A DNA stretch of 15,774 nucleotides, taken from NCBI GenBank assembly GCA_000388065.2, contig KB932204.1. One strand, 5' to 3'. Positions within the stretch are counted from its first letter, which is position 1, and each line of letters begins with the position of its first letter. Positions 9,099-15,774 of the stretch are shown one piece after another. The notes below the pieces were generated by a model. That model did not search any database. It was not told the origin of the DNA and saw nothing but the letters and a program-made list of their open reading frames with translations. Source of the DNA: Fonticula alba ATCC 38817. Its lineage: Eukaryota > Protista > Nucleariida. The position numbers and the translations under genes were made by a program.

Positions 9099-11798
9099 CT
9101 AGTAGAACTTCTTGGCGGAGTGGACGCGGCCGAACTTCTTGACCACGACCACAGCCACGAGAATGGCCAGAGCAAACCCAATGCCGGACACCACGGCCAG
9201 CAGGTTGCGCTGAATCCAAGAGGGAGGAGATCGGAAGAGCACACGTGCCCACAGCCAGGTGGGGTTTGGTGAAGGGGAAGAGNNNNNNNNNNNNNNNNNN
9301 NNNNNNNNNNNNNNNNNNNNNNNNNNNNNNNNNNNNNNNNNNNNNNNNNNNNNNNNNNNNNNNNNNNNNNNNNNNNNNNNNNNNNNNNNNNNNNNNNNNN
9401 NNNNNNNNNNNNNNNNNNNNNNNNNNNNNNNNNNNNNNNNNNNNNNNNNNNNNNNNNNNNNNNNNNNNNNNNNNNNNNNNNNNNNNNNNNNNNNNNNNNN
9501 NNNNNNNNNNNNNNNNNNNNNNNNNNNNNNNNNNNNNNNNNNNNNNNNNNNNNNNNNNNNNNNNNNNNNNNNNNNNNNNNNNNNNNNNNNNNNNNNNNNN
9601 NNNNNNNNNNNNNNNNNNNNNNNNNNNNNNNNNNNNNNNNNNNNNNNNNNNNNNNNNNNNNNNNNNNNNNNNNNNNNNNNNNNNNNNNNNNNNNNNNNNN
9701 NNNNNNNNNNNNNNNNNNNNNNNNNNNNNNNNNNNNNNNNNNNNNNNNNNNNNNNNNNNNNNNNNNNNNNNNNNNNNNNNNNNNNNNNNNNNNNNNNNNN
9801 NNNNNNNNNNNNNNNNNNNNNNNNNNNNNNNNNNNNNNNNNNNNNNNNNNNNNNNNNNNNNNNNNNNNNNNNNNNNNNNNNNNNNNNNNNNNNNNNNNNN
9901 NNNNNGGCAGTAACGGCGAAGGGGGCGGGGGCGTGAGTAATGCGTACCAGCGAGGCGGAGAGGGTGACAATCTCCGACTGAAGCTGCTGCACAAGTGCCA
10001 GGATGGCAGGATCGGCGGCTTGGGGAGAGGGCTGCTGTTGCTGCTGCTGCTGCTGCTGGTGCTTCTGCTGGATGTCCTGCGGGGGAGCCTGGTACTGCTG
10101 CTGATGGGGATCGGAGGCCGGGGAGTCGGCGACAACCGGAGCATCCGGAGCAGCTGGAGGAGCCTGCGCATCGGCATCCATCTGGTCGACAGCCGGGTCC
10201 GTGGGCGGGCGCTTGGATGCGGCCAGCTCGGAGAACTTGGTGGCCAGACGGACCAAAGAGGCAGTGGTGTCGGCATCGATGCCATTCGCCGCGCGCTTGG
10301 TGTCAAGCTCGGTGTTGTCCGGGCGACCGTGCACGAACAGGTAGTGCGAGGTCAGGGAAAAGACAGAGTGGTTGGCTGTGCCGAGGAGGAGTCGACGGGG
10401 GGGAGGGGGGGGGGACAGCGAGGAAAGGGTTAGAGCAGGCGGGAGAGCACACGAAGTCGGAGGCCCAGCGCCATGGGGACGTACGGCCAGTGGCGGCAAA
10501 GCCAAAGGACGAGTAGTTGGCCGGCGAGAGGTGGACCCCGCGAACAGGCGCGCCACAGGGGAACCACTCGGGGGCGGTATCCTTGTCGATGGTGGACGGG
10601 TCGAGTGCGGCCCAGAACACCTGTTTGTTCCGGGGGGCAGCAGGCAACGGAGCAGGCAGAGGTGAGCCAAGGTGCGGGAGATGTTCGGGCTGTGGGGAAG
10701 GGTGGCGGGATGGAAATAAGGCAGCAAGGGACCTGCGCCTGCGCACCCAGAGCGTGGAGTTGGCATGGATGACCTTGAGACGAACACCACCAGACATGCT
10801 CGAGCGATACGAGCACTGGAGGGTCGCCTTGCGACGGGCAATGGTCGACGGGAAGGAGAGATTGGTCGAGCCATCGTTGCTGAAGACCGTGAGGCGCTAG
10901 GGGCGCGCCATTTGCCGCGGAGGTGGGACAAAGAGCGGGGTCAGAACCGAATGCGAGAGGAGGAGGTGGGAGGGGGACAAGGCCGCGCCGGAACCCGGAT
11001 GCGCACCTGGGCAGGGACATCAAGGAAAAGGCCAAGGCCATTCCAGGAGGCGGCACTCTTGAGAACGGGGATGGTGGTGGCGCTGCTGGACTGGCGCGAG
11101 GCGACCGGGGCCTCGGGGGACCGCCAGATGGCGAAGGAGCCCCTGGGGAGGGGGCGGGAGAGGGGAGAACAAGGAAGATGTGATGTTAGGGGGGGGGGCA
11201 GGGGGCGGGGGCGGGAGGCGCGTTGACACGGAGAGACGAGGCATGCTGGAGCCGGGGTCCCTGGGCAAGGGCCCTTGGCAGGGGAGGAAGGAAGGACGCA
11301 CTCGTTGCCAAGACGAAGCTGGATCTCGGATTCCCAGTCCGGGGTTTCGAGAGAGCCGTCAAGCTCGTTGTTGGAAAACCAACTGTCGGGGTAGAGCGTG
11401 CCGCCGGGGGCCGAGAAGGTCACGTATGTGTCATCGACAACCGTGGCATCTACCGAGCAACATGCCAATGACTGAGGGTGAGTCGGGGAAAGTGAAGGGT
11501 GAAGGCGACGCCTGGGGATGCCCCAGGCGAGGGCGGGGCCGAGGCATGCGTACCTCCTTGGAGCGAGTAGCCGGCCACCGGGGAGGCGCCATTCAACAAG
11601 GCCAGCGGGTACTTGAAGGACCGATACAAGTCAAAGCGGCTATCGAAGGTGGGCACCGGCGGGCGAGCAGCTGCCCGGAATGGAATCACAGCTGGAGGCG
11701 GTGCGAGAGGGGGGGGGGGAAATGGAAATACCGGCTATGAGGAGGAGGCAGAGTAGGCTCAAGCGAGCGAGCCCGGCGCCGGAGAAGGACGGCGTCAT
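9099..11798 (-). CDS. LMAN1: ERGIC-53/LMAN1 (Emp46/47) family L-type lectin cargo receptor, type I membrane protein; stalk partly hidden by gap
   Basis: Exons 11798-11732 (signal peptide MTPSFSGAGLARLSLLCLLLIA), 11691-11554 (FDLYRSFKYP), 11449-11302 (DWESEIQLRL), 11142-11007 (FAIW...WNGLGLFLD), 10896-10747, 10620-10485 (FGFAATG), 10375-9948 (polyQ, start of coiled coil), then gap, then last exon <=9227-9099 with a TM helix and KKFY* tail (cf. ERGIC-53 KKFF). All visible junctions are GT-AG and phase-compatible. Confidence 0.88.
9228..9246 (+). other. Illumina TruSeq adapter remnant (AGATCGGAAGAGCACACGT)
   Basis: Exact match to the read-through adapter; followed by 9247-9282, which duplicates 9026-9061. 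Confidence 0.97.
9283..9905. other. Assembly gap (623 N) inside the LMAN1-like gene
   Basis: N run. Confidence 1.
10032..10058 (-). repeat. CAG-rich repeat encoding polyQ in the lectin stalk
   Basis: (ctg)n on the plus strand with one ttg; reads QQQQQQQQQ on the minus strand. Confidence 0.9.
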
Positions 11799-11969
11799 GG
11801 CAGCAGGGCGACAGAGCGGGTGGAAGAGGGGGGGGGAGGAGGGGGGGGAGGAGGGAAGAAGAAAGGCTGTCAGTTCAGGGCAAGCTCCGGGCAGCGGGCT
11901 TCGGGATAAAAGGCCCTCGGCCCGGTACTCAGGGGCTGGCCGAGGTGGATATGCTAGACGCCGTTGAGT

Positions 11970-11990
11970 CCCCCCCCCCCCCCCCCCCCC
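11970..11990. repeat. C homopolymer (21 nt)
   Basis: Directly visible. Confidence 0.95.
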
Positions 11991-12310
11991 TGAGGCCGTC
12001 TGACTCTCCCTTTCTCCTTCTCTTTGTCTCCCTCTCAGAGAGTCAAGCTCATGTGTGCCATGTTCCTAGACCAAGACAGGGGGACACGACTCGGTCGCCG
12101 GCGGCTTTTCCCCCACTGCTTGTCCCGCCTCGGGCTCGAGATGCGGACGGGTTCCGGGGGGGGGGGGAGGCGGGGGGAACACAAGGGGTCCGAGGTCATG
12201 GTTTGGACTTGTATGGGTGCGGCTTCCAGACAAACAGGATGGACGGACTGACACCTCAAACAATGAAAATGAGGGCGTTTCATAAAGCAGGGACAGGGCT
12301 GTACTCACAA

Positions 12311-12383
12311 GCCTCGATAGCTCAGTTGGGAGAGCGTGTGACTGAAGATCACAAGGTCACCAGTTCAATCCTGGTTCGAGGCA
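12311..12383 (+). tRNA. tRNA-Phe (anticodon GAA), intronless, 73 nt
   Basis: Acceptor GCCTCGA/TCGAGGC plus discriminator A; D arm GCTC/GAGC; anticodon stem TGTGA/TCACA with loop CT-GAA-GA; T arm ACCAG/CTGGT with loop TTCAATC. All stems are perfectly paired. Confidence 0.97.
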
Positions 12384-12390
12384 AACATTC

Positions 12391-12395
12391 TTTTT
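12391..12395 (+). terminator. RNA polymerase III T5 terminator of tRNA-Phe
   Basis: TTTTT begins 8 nt after the discriminator base; a second T5 lies at 12416-12420. Confidence 0.75.
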
Positions 12396-12564
12396 CGTCG
12401 TGCTGGCGACCCGGCTTTTTGCAGGCCTGGCGGCGGGGGGGTTGTGCGCGATTCCGCACATGCCCTGCGAACTCGCGCACCCCCACCGGGACCCGGGAAA
12501 CTGCACAGGGGCACACAGGCGCCAACATTTGGCAATGCTGCCCGACATTTGTAGGGCTAGCTGG

Positions 12565-12595
12565 CCCGCGAGCGCGAGTCTCATGCGCTCGCGGG
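12565..12595 (+). promoter_or_regulatory. Perfect 11-bp GC inverted repeat with 9-nt loop, upstream of the CASTOR-like gene
   Basis: cccgcgagcgc (12565-12575) / gcgctcgcggg (12585-12595). The repeat is certain; any function is not. Confidence 0.45.
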
Positions 12596-12808
12596 GATCC
12601 TTTCCTATTTCACGTACCGGTGTCTGGCGGGGCCCCCCGGCCGTTCGGATCAATCTCCCCCCTCTCCGCGCCTCTCTCCCACACTTGGCTTCCCCTCCTC
12701 CTCCCCCTCCTCCCCTTTGAGCCCGGCCCCCTCTCCTCCCGTGGCTCTTCTCTGGCTGACCCCTTCCCGCCAGGGCAGCTTGCCTCCGTTGCCTCTCGCG
12801 CCTTCGAG

Positions 12809-13318
12809 ATGGAGATCTCAGTCCTTCCGAATTTCCTGACCCTCTTCATGGTCCGGCGTGAGGGGCTTTCCCGCTGTGCCTATGTTCTCCAACGGGACTT
12901 GCTTTTTCCGCGCAGGTACAAAGCCAACACTCATGCAGCTGGGATCTTCCGGTCCCCGACCGGGCTTCAATGTGCCCATCCTGTGCTCGCCACTGACCGG
13001 GCCCCAAAGTAACAACACCTTCTTGACGGTGATCGAAACGCCGGATGCCTCGATCTCGGTCGTGGTCGACTCATCCACCTTTGAGAAGCACATTCGCCCG
13101 GTTTTCCCCTCACTTCGTACTCCGATCTCCGAGTCAACCGCCCGTGCGTGCCCCCGCCTGTTGGCTGTCGACCCACCGGCCTTGCCTCCTTCCTGACGAG
13201 GATTCCCCTACCCTTTTCTTGCTCCCCCCCCCCCCCCCCCCGGGGGGAGCGGTCTTCTCTGTCTTCCTATGCCTGACCCCTCCTCCCACGATATCCACGC
13301 ACACACACACACACGCAC

Positions 13319-13410
<92 letters not shown>

Positions 13411-14839
13411 GCAGATGTGGCCGACTGCCCACCCAGCGAGTGGATTGATGTGTGCCCGATCATCTGGCGGCCGATCCATGTTGTTCTCGGCGAAAATGGG
13501 CTTTGTACGCTGCTGACATCCGCCCCGCCCTTTCTCCTCCTCCTCTCGTGTGCTTTGTTCCTTCCTCCGTGGCTGACTTGCTGGACAGCCGAAACCGGTG
13601 TGGTGCACTCCATGGCGGCTCCCTTGGCGGATGGGGGCATTTCCATCCTGCAGATCTCCACCTTCGAGAGTGACATGTGCCTGGTGCCGGAGGATCGGCT
13701 TTTCGATGCGGTGATGTGCCTGCGCGGGTCGAGCCACGTCCGGGAAATCTGGCTCCCGGACAGCGATCTCGGCCTCTTCGACCCGGGGTCACGGCATCAA
13801 ATGCCCGGGATGCCGGGGTTCTGCTTGCACGGTCTGGCAGCCCCGAATACGGCCACCTCCACCGGCCTGAGCACCATGGCCTCGACCCCGGTGGCCGGCA
13901 TGGACCCGGTGGCCTCGGACGCGGCCTTCCTGGCGGCCGTCAACGGCTCAGGCGCCGGGGCGCCGCTGCTGTCTCCACCAAACTCGGCCGGGCCTCGGGT
14001 GTCAATTGGCGCGAGCGCGATTCCCACCCCGGCCACCGCGGCCACCTCCATCTCGCCATCCACCTCCTCATCGCTGTCCCTCTCTTCTCCCTCGCCATCG
14101 GTTTCCTCCTCGACCTCTTCCTCTTCCTTGACCACGCCGGCCAATGGGCTGGTGGTGGCTGTAGGCCCCGGGTCCACTGGTGCTGCTCTTCCAGCGAGGG
14201 CTCTCGCCAGCGCCGGCGCGCCTGGCCCCAGTGACCTGGATGCCCAGGTGTCTAGCATCACTGGCGACCTGCCGGCCATGACCATCTCCCCCTCGGACGC
14301 ACATGGTCCCCAAGTGCCGGATTCGGCCACGGCCGACCGGTCACAGCAACAGACCATGGTGGCGGTGTGCCGAAATTTGCCAGGTATTTGGTGGGCTTCA
14401 TCGGGCACCTGCTTCCCGGGGGCGCGGGGCTCTTCCACATTCCTTCTTGCATTTCCCCTCCCCTGTGCCCCCCCCCCCCTTCGCCGTGTTTACACTCCAG
14501 CATTGACCTTGGCTCCGATGTTCCTGCCGGCTGGCAGAGCCCCAGCCGACAGACGCCCTCTCGACGGACCCGAAGTCCGCGGTGACCGGCGGGCGAGTTG
14601 CCCCCTTCAGCGGTCTGGCCAGCTCGTCGCTGCAGGCGGCCCTGTCAGCGGCGACCATTCTCCCGGCCAAGCCCCAGGCACGCGATCCAACCTCCCTCGG
14701 GGTGGGAGCCCTGCCCACGGCCGAACAATCGCTTCCCCCCTCCGGCAGCATGTCGGTGATGATCCCGACGAGTGTCGGACCGGCCGGGCAGGCGACTCCG
14801 GCCTCCGTGCCGGCATCCCCCCTCTCGGGCCATCCCACA

Positions 14840-14874
<35 letters not shown>

Positions 14875-15697
14875 AACAACCCCGGCGGCAACGCCGGCCA
14901 CAGCCGGGACCACATCCCAGCATGGGTCCCATGCTTTGGCCGGCAGCTCGGCCAATTCCTCTCCCCGGACATCCTTCTCGTCACATGGGCCGGCTGGGTC
15001 GGGCCGAAATTCGGGCAGCTTCCTGCCGGGCCTGTCTGGAGCCGGTGCCATGGTGCGGCCTCCCTCGCCATTGGTGGCCATGGCCTCCGGGATAGTGTCG
15101 GAACCGGGTCCCGCCGATGCGGATCCCCTCTCGCCCGTCCCGTATGAGGTGCCTCTGGGGCTGGCTGCTCCCACCTCCGCGGGGCCTCCCTCGGGAGGGG
15201 ACGATCTGCTGCTGGCCCGCTCGCTCCCCGTGATCCCGCCGCCTCTGGCCCAGGCAGTTGGTAGCCCGCCTTTCCGGAAGGCGGCGGTCGAGGTGACCAC
15301 CTCGGACTTGCTGCTGGCCTCGATCTTGCCGAACTTCAATGACCAAGTGGGCGGGCCGCTTCTGCGTCTGATGTTCTTCCCTGATCGCTTGACGTGCGGA
15401 CCCGGCCTTTCGCGCGACCTTTGTGACTGTGTGTATGCGTGTGTTTTTGTGTTTGATTTCCGTCGCTGACTGTCGTCGTTGTGGGCCTCTTCTCCCTTGT
15501 CCGGCATTTCCTGCACCTGGCCATGGGGGTGTGCTGCAGTTTGCCACGCTTTTGCTCCATCGCACGGGTATCGGGCACTCTGTCCCTGGTGGCCGATTCG
15601 AACACCCTTTGGGGCTCCTCCATCCCTCCGGCTGCGCTTTCCGTGTACAATATTCCCTGGAAGGCATGCAAGTTTGCCGATGGACCGCTGGGGTTCG
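12809..15697 (+). CDS. CASTOR1: CASTOR/GATS-like four-ACT-domain protein (arginine-sensor family upstream of GATOR2/mTORC1); 3'-partial, continues past the window
   Basis: Exons 12809-12915, 13010-13143, 13415-13504, 13589-14383, 14538-15393, 15540-15697. MEISVLPNFLTLFMVRREGL...LLFPR, FLTVIETPD, PPSEWIDVCPIIWRPIHV, MAAPLADGGISILQISTFESDMCLVPE match human CASTOR1 ACT1-2. PLLRLMFFP, FCSIARVSGTLSLVAD, WKACKFADGPLGF match ACT3 and the PLGF loop. The symbol is family-level; the paralogue cannot be assigned. Confidence 0.88.
13296..13412. repeat. (CA)n microsatellite abutting a 3' splice site in the CASTOR-like gene
   Basis: About 115 bp of CA with few interruptions, ending gcag|. Confidence 0.95.
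14840..14875 (+). repeat. (GCG)11 GCA encoding poly-Ala (12) in the CASTOR-like linker
   Basis: Directly visible, in frame with exon 14538-15393. Confidence 0.9.
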
Positions 15698-15774
15698 GTG
15701 CGTTGTCGAGTACCGACACCCAGACATGCGCAAGAGAGGAGGCCTGGGGAAGGGGAAGGGGGGGGGGAGGGGGG

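Noticed and set aside
13134-13737. Minus-strand Cys/Val-rich ORFs (CVCVCV), and Arg- or RE-rich ORFs elsewhere, resembling metallothioneins or protamines
   Set aside because: These are translations of (GT)n, (GA)n and (GTC/GGC)n microsatellites
1-15774. Transposon, viral, or prokaryotic defence or operon interpretation
   Set aside because: No transposase, RT or integrase motifs, terminal repeats or target-site duplications; the direct repeats are explained by adapters; all recognised genes are spliced eukaryotic housekeeping or signalling genes

Overview
GC-rich, intron-rich eukaryotic genomic DNA from a draft Illumina scaffold with three N gaps and two embedded TruSeq adapter remnants. Composition and microsatellite-filled introns suggest a protist such as Fonticula, but this is inference and cannot be confirmed from the sequence. 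By manual splice-site reconstruction, five spliced protein genes lie in alternating orientation: WDR91-like (+, start unresolved, to 6054), AK6/Fap7 (-, 7306-6452), POP5 (+, 7991-8815), ERGIC-53/LMAN1-family L-type lectin (-, 11798-9099, part hidden in a gap) and a CASTOR/GATS-like four-ACT protein (+, from 12809, running off the window). A tRNA-Phe(GAA) gene lies at 12311-12383. I see no prokaryotic system, CRISPR array or mobile element. The most interesting signals are in the CASTOR-like gene: two pairs of introns at matching positions and phases in its two halves, an N-terminal half that looks like a ligand-binding half, and a ~470-aa disordered linker. Also notable are an ERGIC-53 homologue that appears to lack the canonical Ca2+/mannose residues, and a head-to-head AK6-POP5 pair. 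All exon structures are predictions without transcript support, and family comparisons rely on recalled reference sequences, not a database search.
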